A stretch of 64,000 nucleotides of DNA from an uncultured Nitrososphaerota archaeon (GTDB lineage: Archaea > Thermoproteota > Nitrososphaeria > Nitrososphaerales > CADDZS01). The notes beneath the pieces are model-generated. The model saw nothing but the letters and a program-made list of their open reading frames with translations. It had not been told where the DNA came from and did no database searches. Numbering within the stretch: the stretch's first letter is position 1; the number at the start of each line of letters is the position of its first letter. The DNA is taken from positions 1,760,001 through 1,824,000 of the forward strand of contig CAWCYI010000004.1 in the NCBI GenBank assembly GCA_963799845.1. Reading direction: 5' to 3'. A program made the translations under genes and the position numbers. Below, piece after piece: positions 29,538 to 39,539 of the stretch.

Positions 29538-30616
29538 ATGAAGATTACCGCGCAGGAAATCGAGGATATTGCCATTGGTGCCGCAGTCCTCGGAACCGGA
29601 GGTGGAGGAGATCCATTCATCGGGAAGCTGCTTGCGCTCGACGCAGTGGCAAGGTATGGTTCAGTTGAATTAATCCAGCCGGAAGAAGTACCAGACGAAG
29701 GGCTCGTGGTACCATCCGCGGGGATTGGAGCTCCCACTGTGTTGGTAGAGAAAATTCCGAACGGAGAAGAGGGGCTGGCTGCCCTCAGGATTCTCGAGGA
29801 CAAGATCCACAAAAAGCTGTCGCGATTACGCCGATTGAGCAGGGCGGACTGAACTCGGAAATCCCAATTTCTGTTGCGGCGAAGACCAGGCTCCCCCTGA
29901 CGGACTGCGACGGGATAGGAAGAGCCTTCCCCGAGCTCCAGATGTGCTCGTTCAGCCTCGACGGAATTCCTGCAAATCCAATGGTACTCGCCGACGAGAA
30001 AGGAAATGTGGTACTCCTTGAAACGATAGACAACTTGTGGACTGAGAGATTCGCACGAAGTACTGTTGTCCAGATGGGCGGATCTGCGCTCAGTGTTGCT
30101 TATCCTATGACGGGTGCGCAGCTGAAAAAATCGTGCATAAAGGGGACTGTTTCACTCTCGCTGAGGCTGGGCGAAGTGACCCGTTTTGCGAGAGAAAAGG
30201 GCGAAAATCCTCTCCACGACATTGCAAAGATACTCAGGAGCAAAATATTGTTCAAGGGAAAGTTGGTCGATATTTTCAGGAGGACGACGGGCGGTTTTGC
30301 AAGGGGCGAGGCACTCTTTCAGGGATTGGATGAATTTGACGGAGAATCCCTGAGGATCAAGTTCCAGAACGAGAACCTGATCGCCATGCGAAATGAGAAG
30401 AAGGTTGTAGCGACGGTACCGGACTTGATCTCTGTTCTCGATGTGGAGACAGGCATCGCGATCACAACTGAAGAGCTAAGATACGGAAATCGTGTCGTCA
30501 TCATAGGTTCGCCCTGCAACGAAAGATGGAGGACGCCCAAGGGCATCACCGTCGCGGGTCCGAGGTATTTCGGTTATGATGTTGACTATGTTCCCGTGGA
30601 GGAGCTGAGCGCTTAG
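29538..30616 (+). CDS. DUF917 family protein 3 (frameshift in A-run near 29815)
   Basis: LGTGGGGDP, GAPTVLVEK; shifted frame IEQGGLNS, DGIGRAFPELQM, FQNENL, GPRYFG. Confidence 0.88.
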
Positions 30617-30617
30617 T

Positions 30618-32204
30618 ATGCCGTACAGAATTGGAATCGACGTTGGTGGCACGCACACCGACGCGGTTATACTCGACGAGAACGACAAGCTCATCTGGGC
30701 CGAGAAAGTTGACACAACGGAGGACGTATCGACAGGGATCAATCAGGCCCTGGAAAGGGTTCTAAAGAATAGCTCGGTTGATCGGAAGAAAATCATCGCG
30801 GTAATGTTCGGGACGACCCACTGCACGAATGCCGTTGTTGAAAGAAAAAATCTCACGCACGTCGGTCTCCTGCGCATCGGAAAGCCTGCGACTCTGGGAA
30901 TTTCGCCACTATTCTCCCTGCCCAAAGATCTTCGATTGGCCATCGGAGATACCTGGTCTATAGTCTCGGGGGGGCATGAGTTCGACGGAAGAGAAATCTG
31001 GGCGTTTGATGAAAAAGCCACCCGAGAGGCGGCGGAGGACTTTAGGTCCCGCGGCGTCGAATCTGTTGCGATAGTGTCGGTCTTCTCTCCGGTCAATTCC
31101 ATTCATGAGGAGCGAGCCCAAAAGATATTCGCCGAGGTCATGGGCCCCACAGTTCCGCTAACTCTTTCCCACGAAATTGGAAGCATCGGTCTGTTGGAGC
31201 GCGAAAACGCCTCGGCCCTCAACGCCGCCCTAATGAAAGTCGCGCAAAAAGCAATTTCAGGATTCGTGAGCGCGGTGAATGAATCTGGGCTGTCCTCTGC
31301 GAAGATCTATCTTACGCAGAACGATGGGACGCTGATGTCGGTTGATTATGCCCGAAAGTACCCGGTCAAGACAATCGCGTCAGGTCCCACAAATAGCATG
31401 AGGGGCGCGGCATTTCTCACGGGGATCTCTGATGGAGTAATCGTTGACATTGGCGGTACGACTGCGCTCGTCGGAGCTATCATGCACGGTTTCCCGAGGG
31501 AATCCAACATTGCTGTCGAAATTGGAGGGGCCAGGACCAATTTCAGGATGCCCGATTTAATTGCGATAAGCTGCGGCGGCGGGACGGTCGTAAAATATGA
31601 TCAGAATGCCGTGCAGATAGGTCCAGAAAGCGTGGGGTTTCGGATAACCAGAGAGAGCGTTGCATGGGGCGGAAAAACCTTGACCACGACCGACGTGAGC
31701 TTGGGACTAGGTTATTCCAAAGTCGACGACCCTACATCTGTCGCGGAGAGAGTCGGGAATTCGTTTAGCAAGCAACTGCTTGAGCGAGCGCGTGACAGGA
31801 TAATCGCGATCATAGAAGATTCGATTGACAGGATGAAGACATCCGCAGATCCGGTGGAGGTTGTACTGGTAGGCGGAGGTGGAATCATTGTTCCGGAGGA
31901 TTACTATGGAAAGTTCAAGGGAGTATCGAGGGTCGTGAGACCGTCGCATTTCCAGTATGCGAACGCGATAGGAGCAGCTATCGCGCAGGCAAGCGGAGAG
32001 GTGGACAGGATCTATGAGTTGGACAAGATGACTCGGGAGCAGGCCTTAGAGAAAGCAAAGCAGGAGGCGATCCAGGATTCGATTAATGCAGGAGCGGAAC
32101 CCTCGACCGTGAGCATTGTCGAGGCTGAAGAGTTGCCCTTATCATACTTGCCGGGGCTGGCGCTCAGAATTAGGGCAAAGGCGGTTGGGAAACTCAGGAT
32201 CTAA
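30618..32204 (+). CDS. hydantoinase/oxoprolinase family protein (HyuA-like ATP-binding subunit)
   Basis: IGIDVGGTHTD, GLLERENA, SGPTNSMRGA, DIGGT, GGGT, ANAIGAA. Confidence 0.92.
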   Translation: MPYRIGIDVGGTHTDAVILDENDKLIWAEKVDTTEDVSTGINQALERVLKNSSVDRKKIIAVMFGTTHCTNAVVERKNLTHVGLLRIGKPATLGISPLFSLPKDLRLAIGDTWSIVSGGHEFDGREIWAFDEKATREAAEDFRSRGVESVAIVSVFSPVNSIHEERAQKIFAEVMGPTVPLTLSHEIGSIGLLERENASALNAALMKVAQKAISGFVSAVNESGLSSAKIYLTQNDGTLMSVDYARKYPVKTIASGPTNSMRGAAFLTGISDGVIVDIGGTTALVGAIMHGFPRESNIAVEIGGARTNFRMPDLIAISCGGGTVVKYDQNAVQIGPESVGFRITRESVAWGGKTLTTTDVSLGLGYSKVDDPTSVAERVGNSFSKQLLERARDRIIAIIEDSIDRMKTSADPVEVVLVGGGGIIVPEDYYGKFKGVSRVVRPSHFQYANAIGAAIAQASGEVDRIYELDKMTREQALEKAKQEAIQDSINAGAEPSTVSIVEAEELPLSYLPGLALRIRAKAVGKLRI

Positions 32205-32354
32205 TTATGACATGCTTGCTGATGATAAGTAAATCAGCAGTTAGACATGCTTCTTTTCAACGTACATCTCATACATACACCTCGAAAAATTGGGAGCTTC
32301 AGAATTTCTCTAAATAACTGGAGAATTGGGCTGAGAAATATCCAGCAATCTTAA

Positions 32355-32390
32355 ATGTCTATTACGTCTATTATGCCTATTATGCCTACT
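32355..32390 (+). repeat. four tandem imperfect 9-bp repeats over the antitoxin start
   Basis: ATGTCTATT ACGTCTATT ATGCCTATT ATGCCTACT. Confidence 0.6.
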
Positions 32391-32610
32391 AGTAAGGTCA
32401 ACAGGAACTACCAAGTCACGATTCCGAAGGATGTACGGCGAAAGGCAAAGATAGACATCGGCGACACCGTTTTGGTAGAGTACGATCAAAATGAGAATAC
32501 AGTAAAACTGACCCCGCCGAAACGAGGAAGTAGAAAGTCATGGAAGTCTTGGTACGAAGCTTACCGTTGAAGATATCGAGTCCGGCATCGAAAGGGGGCA
32601 GTCAGACTGA
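32382..32610 (+). CDS. vapB: AbrB/MazE-type antitoxin (frameshift near 32547)
   Basis: SKVNRNYQVTIPKDVR..IDIGD; shifted frame LTVEDIESGIERG stops at 32610, just before the PIN gene. Confidence 0.8.
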
Positions 32611-32615
32611 CAGAA

Positions 32616-33011
32616 GTGGTTGTTGACACAAATGTCCTGATCTTCGACACGTTTGAGGACAGCGACTTTCATGAAGAGGCTTCTAATGGATTAGATTCGC
32701 TATCAAAGTGGAATCTCCCTTCAATCGTGTTCCATGAACTCGTATGGTTTTTCAAATCCCGTGAAATTGATCGTAGCAGAGCAAAATTGAAGATTGAAGA
32801 GTTTCTGACTAACGAGAAGACAATATTCTTTCAATGCACTGCAGATGATGTGAGATTTTCGATCGCGCGAATGAACAACTATAGGAATTACAATGATTAC
32901 CTAATTCTTTCAGTGGCAAGAAGGCTCGAACTACCCCTGTACACCTTCGACCGCGAGCTCAAGAAAGTAGCTGCAAAGTCTGGCGTGAAGATTTACAAAG
33001 GTCTTGAATAG
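32616..33011 (+). CDS. vapC: PIN-domain VapC toxin
   Basis: VVDTNV, VFHE, YNDYLI, YTFD. Confidence 0.88.
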   Translation: MVVDTNVLIFDTFEDSDFHEEASNGLDSLSKWNLPSIVFHELVWFFKSREIDRSRAKLKIEEFLTNEKTIFFQCTADDVRFSIARMNNYRNYNDYLILSVARRLELPLYTFDRELKKVAAKSGVKIYKGLE

Positions 33012-33023
33012 ATCGAAGGAGAT

Positions 33024-33236
33024 TTGGAAGATTTAGCTTCACTCAAGTATGATACCCAGGCCAAAGCTTTCTACGTGAAAATCAGAAAAGGGAAAGTAGC
33101 TCAAACCGAGCCACTTAGCGATTGCATCTTTCTAGACCTGGACGCCAAAGGAAAGCTCGTTGGCATGGAAGTTATTCTCCACAAAGATTTACCGGAAGAT
33201 ATGACTAGAAAAATAAGCGCGGCTGCTGCCCTTTAG
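33024..33236 (+). CDS. DUF2283 domain protein
   Basis: YDTQAKAFYV...IFLDLDAKGKLVGMEV. Confidence 0.8.
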   Translation: MEDLASLKYDTQAKAFYVKIRKGKVAQTEPLSDCIFLDLDAKGKLVGMEVILHKDLPEDMTRKISAAAAL

Positions 33237-33331
33237 AGCTTTTAACAGGTTTCCACACTTATTATCCAACATGCAGACCCGGGACGGCTAAATCTTTATG
33301 TTCAGATTTTTTTCGACCTTTGCTGCAATAA

Positions 33332-33910
33332 ATGAAAATAGACAATAATCAAGACGACCCTGACCTTACGAAGAAACTAGATTTCTTCTTCGAGGTAGTC
33401 AGGAAAAGAAGGGCGTGCAGGCACTTTGATTCTACTCCGATTCCACGGGAGATTCTTGACAAGATATTGTATGCGGCCCACAGGGCACCGACGGGAGGAA
33501 ACATACCATACAGGTTTGTAATTCTGGTAGATGACCCTGTTCAACTGAAGTTGCTGAAGATGGTCTCGCCTGGACTCCTGGGTAACGCGATGGCTGCACT
33601 CGTCATATGCACGAACGCTAGGATAGCCGAAGAGAGCGGAAACCTGGCTATCGAAATGTCGCGCGTTGATGCGGGAGCAGCAGCTGAAAATGCCGTGCTT
33701 GCGACTTACGCATTGGGGCTCGGGGCGTCTTTTATCAAGTCTTACTCGGAAGCGGCTGTCCGTAGAGTTCTGGAGATTCCCGATCATTGTAGGACGGAAA
33801 TCGTTGTGTCGCTTGGTTTTCCATCAAAGGACGAGCCTCCGCCGATCAAGAAGGGAAAGGCGGGGAAGATTACATACCTGAATTTCTACGGGAATGAAAA
33901 GGGGAGTTAG
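33332..33910 (+). CDS. nitroreductase family protein, cyclodipeptide oxidase A subunit (AlbA)-like
   Basis: RRACRHF, APTGGN, SPGLLG, ENAVLATYALGLG, LEIPDH, terminal FYGN; adjacent to AlbB-like gene. Confidence 0.85.
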   Translation: MKIDNNQDDPDLTKKLDFFFEVVRKRRACRHFDSTPIPREILDKILYAAHRAPTGGNIPYRFVILVDDPVQLKLLKMVSPGLLGNAMAALVICTNARIAEESGNLAIEMSRVDAGAAAENAVLATYALGLGASFIKSYSEAAVRRVLEIPDHCRTEIVVSLGFPSKDEPPPIKKGKAGKITYLNFYGNEKGS

Positions 33911-33911
33911 A

Positions 33912-34244
33912 ATGCCGGACAAAATTTCAAAGAGTACTGATAGACTTGAAGATGGTCTGTTTGAGCTGGCGTTATTTCTTCTAATTTCGGCTAGAGGTTG
34001 CGTGGATGAGCCACGCATCTATGGATCGTTTCGGCTCATGGATGCGCTCAGCAGGCTTTGTGAAGTTTATTCGAAGTCTGACAAGCTTGAGCCAGACGAG
34101 TTTCTTTCCAAATTAAAAGAACAGGTGGACAGGGACAAGTACAAGAGCATTCAATCCGAAGAGGCGTTCATCAAGAGCATGGATGATCTGGTGGTAAAGT
34201 TCACGGATGAGCTCAAGAGGAGATACGGCTCTTCTTCGAAATAG
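33912..34244 (+). CDS. DUF6092 family protein, cyclodipeptide oxidase B subunit (AlbB)-like
   Basis: LALFLLISARGCVDEPRIYGSFRLMDALSR; GGGGAG just upstream of ATG 33912. Confidence 0.75.
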   Translation: MPDKISKSTDRLEDGLFELALFLLISARGCVDEPRIYGSFRLMDALSRLCEVYSKSDKLEPDEFLSKLKEQVDRDKYKSIQSEEAFIKSMDDLVVKFTDELKRRYGSSSK

Positions 34245-34387
34245 GTCGTTGAAAAAGAAATGATTAATCCCCGATTCATTTTGTCCTTGTCCGACTTCAC
34301 CTCGCTTATATCATCAGTTTGAGTTATTCAGAAAGACCAATGCTGATTTAGGTCCATTTGACAAGGATTTGGGAACGTCGCGCGTAA

Positions 34388-34705
34388 ATGATTTCTGGAA
34401 ATTTTTTGAAATTCACGGGATTGCTCGAGCCCGCAGTAGAGGGTGGATTTATCTTAAAGTGCTTCGAACTCCCTGTCGCTACTGAAGGGGAAACAAAAGA
34501 AGAAGCTCTTGCGAATCTGAAAGAGGCAATCGAGGGATATATCGAAGTAAGGGCTGAGTTGCTGGGTAAATCCAAAACAAAGATGAAGAGAGAATTGGTG
34601 GAAATTACAGATGATTTAATCTTACATGCAGTCGGAGCGGGCAAGTCCGGAGAACGAAAAAATGCCCTTAAGGATTTGGAAAGATTGGAATCGATCGACT
34701 TTTGA
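34388..34705 (+). CDS. hicB: HicB family antitoxin (orphan)
   Basis: ELPVATEGETKEEALANLKEAIEGY. Confidence 0.75.
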   Translation: MISGNFLKFTGLLEPAVEGGFILKCFELPVATEGETKEEALANLKEAIEGYIEVRAELLGKSKTKMKRELVEITDDLILHAVGAGKSGERKNALKDLERLESIDF

Positions 34706-34761
34706 ATAATTAGGAGGATGAAAAACTAATCTGGAGAGCCCTTGTGAAAATCTGTACCAAA

Positions 34762-35214
34762 CTAGCAACTGTTCAGATATATGTGCAAAAACTCTCTGCT
34801 CGAGCATGCTTTGGTATTTCTTGCGATCTCGGTGGAGACTATCAGATCGAGCCTCAATTTCTGATCGCCCGTTACAACATAGTTCGACTTCGCGATTGCT
34901 GTCGCACTGAAGATAGGAGTGTCTTTTTGATCGTGTACTTTTCCCATATCTGTCTCAATTCTTGATAGTATATCATGCAACCGAACAAGTTGGTAATCTA
35001 TCTTATCGAGGTACAAACCAAGCAGGCTCTCCAATCCCTCGAATTTCTCCTTGAGCACTTCTCTTGACTCAATTAATACTGTCTCGGGCAGGACGAGGTC
35101 AATAGTGCCCTCTTCGATCAACTGCAAAATCCGGTGCTCATTACCCTTTGCGAATACGAGTCCAGATATCAATATGTTAGTGTCTAGGAGTACGCTTACT
35201 CTTTCTTTTTGCAT
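34762..35214 (-). CDS. PIN-domain toxin (PIN_3 type)
   Basis: VLLDTNILISG, DQKDTP, VVTGDQKL. Confidence 0.85.
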   Translation of the reverse strand: MQKERVSVLLDTNILISGLVFAKGNEHRILQLIEEGTIDLVLPETVLIESREVLKEKFEGLESLLGLYLDKIDYQLVRLHDILSRIETDMGKVHDQKDTPIFSATAIAKSNYVVTGDQKLRLDLIVSTEIARNTKACSSREFLHIYLNSC

Positions 35215-35479
35215 AGGTGTCCTTCCAGAGCTCACCCCTGATGCGTTCGACATCTTTACCGAGAAGACGTTTCGTCAATCCTTTCTCCGCTGCCACTTTC
35301 TCAAGAATTTCGGAGATTTCATTTATCCCAAGATCGTCAACTCTCTTCATGAAAACAATGTTCCCGATAGGTTTCATGTAGATGTAGCTGCCTTTCTTCA
35401 GACCCGTGCTGGACCGCAGTCTCGAAGGCAATGTCACCTGACCCTTCGAAGTGACCTTGACGATCTCTTCTTGGCTCAT
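35177..35479 (-). CDS. AbrB/MazE-type antitoxin
   Basis: VKVTSKGQVTLPSRLR..GLKKGS; upstream of and overlapping the PIN gene. Confidence 0.85.
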   Translation of the reverse strand: MSQEEIVKVTSKGQVTLPSRLRSSTGLKKGSYIYMKPIGNIVFMKRVDDLGINEISEILEKVAAEKGLTKRLLGKDVERIRGELWKDTYAKRKSKRTPRH

Positions 35480-35587
35480 CTTATTATACAGTAAGGAATC
35501 CTTACCCTTTAAGGATAGCGACAATCTTTCTGATAACATACTGGAAAATTCTAAATTATTCCTATGGATGAAATAATTTCCTGAAAA

Positions 35588-36389
35588 TCAAGTTTCGAAT
35601 TTTACCCATTCGCTGGGTGGGATTGGTTGCTCCAGTCCATCTACAGGAATGTTTCGTCCATTGATCCAGTTGGCGCGGGGAGAGGAGAGAAAAACGATAA
35701 CGTCTGCAACTTCCTCTGGAGTACCCAGACGACCCATGGGGAATCCATCTATAACGTAGTCCGCAAAACTTTCCGGGTATTTTTTGCTGAAATTATCCCA
35801 GCCAGAACCGGACCAGAGGATAGAACCAGGGGAGACCGTGTTTACGCGGATTTTAGAACCTCTGAGTTCCAGAGCGAGACGCTCGGCCAGAAAGATCATC
35901 GCCGCCTTTGACGAGCCATACTGGCCGGTGAAAGCTAGTTGAGGCTCCCACCCGGAGATCGATGCCACGTTCACGATCGAGCCGCCGCCTCGCGCCTTCA
36001 TGTGCGGCGCGACCAGCCGCGTCATCCGGATCAGCTGGAAGAGATTCATTTCAAAAGTCTTTTTCCAATCTTCATCACTGCTTTTCATCAGATTTCCCCC
36101 GGAGTTGGAACCTACGTTGTTCACAAGTATGTCTATACCGCCCAATTCCTCCAAGATTCGAGCTACGAATTTCGAGGCATCCTCTGGCTCGCACACATCG
36201 CCCTGAAACGCTAGCACTCGACGACCCATTGCTCTAAATTCCTTCTCAGCTTCTTGAAGAGCTTCTTTATTTCGCGCGCAAAAACCCACGTTGCAACCTT
36301 CCATAGCAAATGATCTCGCAGTGCGGAGACCTATTCCCCTGCTTCCGCCAGTAATCAGAGCTGACTTTGTCTTTTAGACCTAGATCCAT
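35588..36389 (-). CDS. SDR family oxidoreductase (frameshift near 36366)
   Basis: MDLGLKDK then SALITGGSRGIG in shifted frame; NNVG, YGSSK, NGRNIPVDG. Confidence 0.88.
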
Positions 36390-36563
36390 GATCGCAAATG
36401 TCGGCGACGGATTCGATATATCTTCTTTGTTTTTGTTAAATCTAGCGACTAGTGTGAAACCCCGAAAAGAGATCAGGATCCGATCTAGACTACAGTTAGC
36501 GAATAAATAATCCTTTCAATGCTTTTAGACCAAGTATCGAAGTAAAATCTGGTCAGATCTGGG

Positions 36564-38243
36564 TTGAAAATAGTTGTAGAAGCCGATCGCATTTACACGA
36601 TGAATCCTGCCTCGGCAAAGGTTCGATTCATAATCGCAGAAGCTGGTTTTATCACCTACACAGGCAATAACCCGATTCCTTCTGAATTGGAAGGCGCTAC
36701 CTATTATGATTTCAAAGATCACATCGTCACGCCCGGATTGATAGACTCGCATAACCATTTTCTTCACACCGGTCTGGGATCTCTTTTCACAGCTAATCTC
36801 GCCGCTTTTGAAGAAACAAATCTTGACGCCATAATAGATAAGATACAAGAATTCGCGAGGAAATCGGAATTCCCATGGACCTTAGGTAGCGGTCTAAATG
36901 AAAAAAGGATCAAAGAAGGCCGACTGCCGACTGCGCTAGATCTTGATAGGATCAATACGAACAAACCCATTTTCATAACGCACAACACGGTACATTACGG
37001 TGTGTGCAACAGCGCTGCTCTAAAGATAGCTCAAGTTAGTAGGGAAACCTGTGATCCAGTCGGGGCAAAGATTGGAAGATTTCCCGATGGTGAACCGAAC
37101 GGTATTCTCTTTGAACCAGCGGCAATGGATCTTGTCCGCAAACACATACCATCATTCTCCAAGGAACAATACAAGAGAGCGATGTCGGAAGCATCCGGAC
37201 GTTATTTGGCTGAGGGTCTGGTCTGCGTGAAGGACACTGGAGGAACCGGAGCAGATCTTGACGAGGTGCAAAGAGTGGAAATACTAAATGAGCTGAACGA
37301 AGCTCACGAGCTCCAGATAAGACAGAGTATCTGCCTTCCCGTATTTTCTCTTGAGGACGTATGGAAAAAAGTGGATCTCTCAAAAAGAATTGGGGACAGC
37401 GAATTTCTCAGGTTTGTCGGATACAAGCTCTTTCTTGATGGAAGCGGTTACGGAAGAACCGCGTGGATGAAAGAGGAGTGGAATAGAAATTTCGAAGTTA
37501 TAGAAAAAGGAAATTTCGGATTTCCGCTCTGGAAAATTGAAGATTTTCGTGCGGTGCTCGATTACTTTGCCGACAATCTAACGGATGAGATGATCGATAT
37601 TCACACGATAGGAGATATGGCGATTGAGACCGCTCTAATTGAAATAAGGAGAATAAAGGCTAGAAATCCAAGATTGAGATTTTCTCTAATCCATGTCTAT
37701 GCTCCTGAGGAGAGACAACTCGAGTTGATGAAGGAGCTCGATGTCTTTGTGGAATTTCAATCAGCCTTCCTGTATTTTTACGGCGACCTCATGGCTGACA
37801 ATCTCGGAGAAAACAGGCTCAAGAGATTCATGCCGGCGAAATCATTCCTCGAGAAAGGATTGACCGCTGCAAATAGCTCTGACTCTCCAGTAGTTCCGTT
37901 TGCTCCGGTTTACGGGATATTTGCATCGATGTACAGGGAGACGAAGAGCGGGGTTCCAAGCCGTAAAGTATTCAATCCGAACGAAAGGGTAGAGTTCGAG
38001 GAAGCTCTTCCTCTCTACACGCGTAATGCCGCAAAGTGTGTAGGAAGACGAGATTTAGGCGTTCTTGAAAACGGGAGGCGCGCAGATTTTGTCGTTTGGA
38101 AAAAGGAAATTCAAGATCTGAAAGAGAATGAGAAACTCGAAGGGAACGTCCTTGCTACATTTGTAGGCGGAAGGCAAGTATACGTCAATCCTGATCTCGA
38201 TTCCAAGTCTCAGCTAGTCTTTGCCTCGGTTGCATCCCAATGA
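36564..38243 (+). CDS. amidohydrolase_3 (YtcJ-like) metallohydrolase
   Basis: PGLIDSHNH, KLFLDGS, IHTIGD, LIH, SSDSPV. Confidence 0.9.
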   Translation: MKIVVEADRIYTMNPASAKVRFIIAEAGFITYTGNNPIPSELEGATYYDFKDHIVTPGLIDSHNHFLHTGLGSLFTANLAAFEETNLDAIIDKIQEFARKSEFPWTLGSGLNEKRIKEGRLPTALDLDRINTNKPIFITHNTVHYGVCNSAALKIAQVSRETCDPVGAKIGRFPDGEPNGILFEPAAMDLVRKHIPSFSKEQYKRAMSEASGRYLAEGLVCVKDTGGTGADLDEVQRVEILNELNEAHELQIRQSICLPVFSLEDVWKKVDLSKRIGDSEFLRFVGYKLFLDGSGYGRTAWMKEEWNRNFEVIEKGNFGFPLWKIEDFRAVLDYFADNLTDEMIDIHTIGDMAIETALIEIRRIKARNPRLRFSLIHVYAPEERQLELMKELDVFVEFQSAFLYFYGDLMADNLGENRLKRFMPAKSFLEKGLTAANSSDSPVVPFAPVYGIFASMYRETKSGVPSRKVFNPNERVEFEEALPLYTRNAAKCVGRRDLGVLENGRRADFVVWKKEIQDLKENEKLEGNVLATFVGGRQVYVNPDLDSKSQLVFASVASQ

Positions 38244-38258
38244 AAAGCCTACTCGCCA

Positions 38259-39539
38259 TTAGGACTGAATGTCGCTCATCGCTTTCAGGAATTCGGCTAT
38301 CTCATCCAAGGTATTATAGTGAACCAAGCTGGGTCTAAGAAAGCCTGTTTGTTTGTACAGCTCGGTGGCTTTTGAATAATAGTTCTCAGTCCTAATCGCG
38401 ATGCTGTATTTTTCCCAAATCTTTCTGACTACCGAATCATCCGACATGTCTTTGACCTTGAATGCAAAAGTAGGGTACCTCTCTTCGAGTTTCTTGAGAT
38501 CTTTTTTTCCGAAAAACTGTATGTGTGGCATGTCTAGCAGACCCGGGTATCCTCCGTATCCGCCTAACATCGCCTTTGATTGTTCCCTCCCGTATTGCTC
38601 GATTGCTTCCATTGCGTCGTGAACGGCCTTTGCGCGGTTTGAAGATTGTAACCCCTGTCGAGAAGTTCCCAATCGTTGCGACAGCCAGACCAGATGATCG
38701 ATTACGGCGCTGATCGCGGCAAAGATCGTGTGATCTCTGTTCCCCCATTCCCATTTCGAGGGAGGAGTCAGGGGCGCAGGCGCTACCTTGTAATTCTGCA
38801 GGCGTTTCAAATGCTCATGTTTGCCGTACATGAAGGCGCCGTGGGCGGAAAATAGCTTGTACCCTGAAAAAATCAAGAAATCACAATCAATCGATTGCAC
38901 GTCGACCGGACCGTGCGGAACTGAATGAACGGCGTCAACGATGAATAGTGCCCCAACTTCCCGCGCCGCCTTTCCAATTTCATACAAGTTCGTTTTGTTG
39001 CCGAGGAGGTTTGCGGCAGCCGAAACTGACACGATTTTGGTTTTCTTGTCCACAAGCGTATGAAATTGGGCGAGGTCGAGAGAACCGTCTTCCAACAGGT
39101 GAATTAATCTGACTTCGGAAATCTTTCCCTGAGTTTTTAGTTCCAGCCAGGGACTGAGGTTTGCATAATGCTCGTAACCGGTAGTAATAGCGTTTTCACT
39201 GCCAGTCATTTCCTTTCCCAGCGCGTAGCTTAATCGAAAAAACAGGCTGGTCGATGATTCACCAGATACGATGTTTCCGGCTGACGGAGCGTTGAGAAGA
39301 TCTGCGACCGCCTGCCTTCCTTCGGAAATCAGATCGGCTTGATTTACCGATTCCTCGAAGATCGATCCTTCTTCGGCTGCGCAATCAATTCGTGCGCGCG
39401 CCTGGGCCTCGGCTGCCTTTGCGAGTACCAGTGTGCCGCCACCGTTGTCAAAGAAAATCCTCTTCCGTCCGCTGGAGGTGTAACCGGCTCGAGGAAATCT
39501 GTCCCTTATCTCTTGCACAATTTCGTTCCCAAAATTCAT
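38259..39539 (-). CDS. class V PLP-dependent enzyme, cysteine desulfurase-like (VC1184-type)
   Basis: FFDNGGGT, EHYANLSPW, DAVH, SGYKLF (PLP Lys), RPSLVHYNT. Confidence 0.85.
   Translation of the reverse strand: MNFGNEIVQEIRDRFPRAGYTSSGRKRIFFDNGGGTLVLAKAAEAQARARIDCAAEEGSIFEESVNQADLISEGRQAVADLLNAPSAGNIVSGESSTSLFFRLSYALGKEMTGSENAITTGYEHYANLSPWLELKTQGKISEVRLIHLLEDGSLDLAQFHTLVDKKTKIVSVSAAANLLGNKTNLYEIGKAAREVGALFIVDAVHSVPHGPVDVQSIDCDFLIFSGYKLFSAHGAFMYGKHEHLKRLQNYKVAPAPLTPPSKWEWGNRDHTIFAAISAVIDHLVWLSQRLGTSRQGLQSSNRAKAVHDAMEAIEQYGREQSKAMLGGYGGYPGLLDMPHIQFFGKKDLKKLEERYPTFAFKVKDMSDDSVVRKIWEKYSIAIRTENYYSKATELYKQTGFLRPSLVHYNTLDEIAEFLKAMSDIQS

Noticed and set aside
15536-29852. Programmed frameshifting at A-runs (15567, 29815)
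   Set aside because: No stimulatory structure noticed, and similar indels occur throughout the window
32219-32241. CTGATGA inside a TGCTGAT/ATCAGCA inverted repeat (hammerhead or box C/D?)
   Set aside because: No GAAA core and no suitably spaced box D
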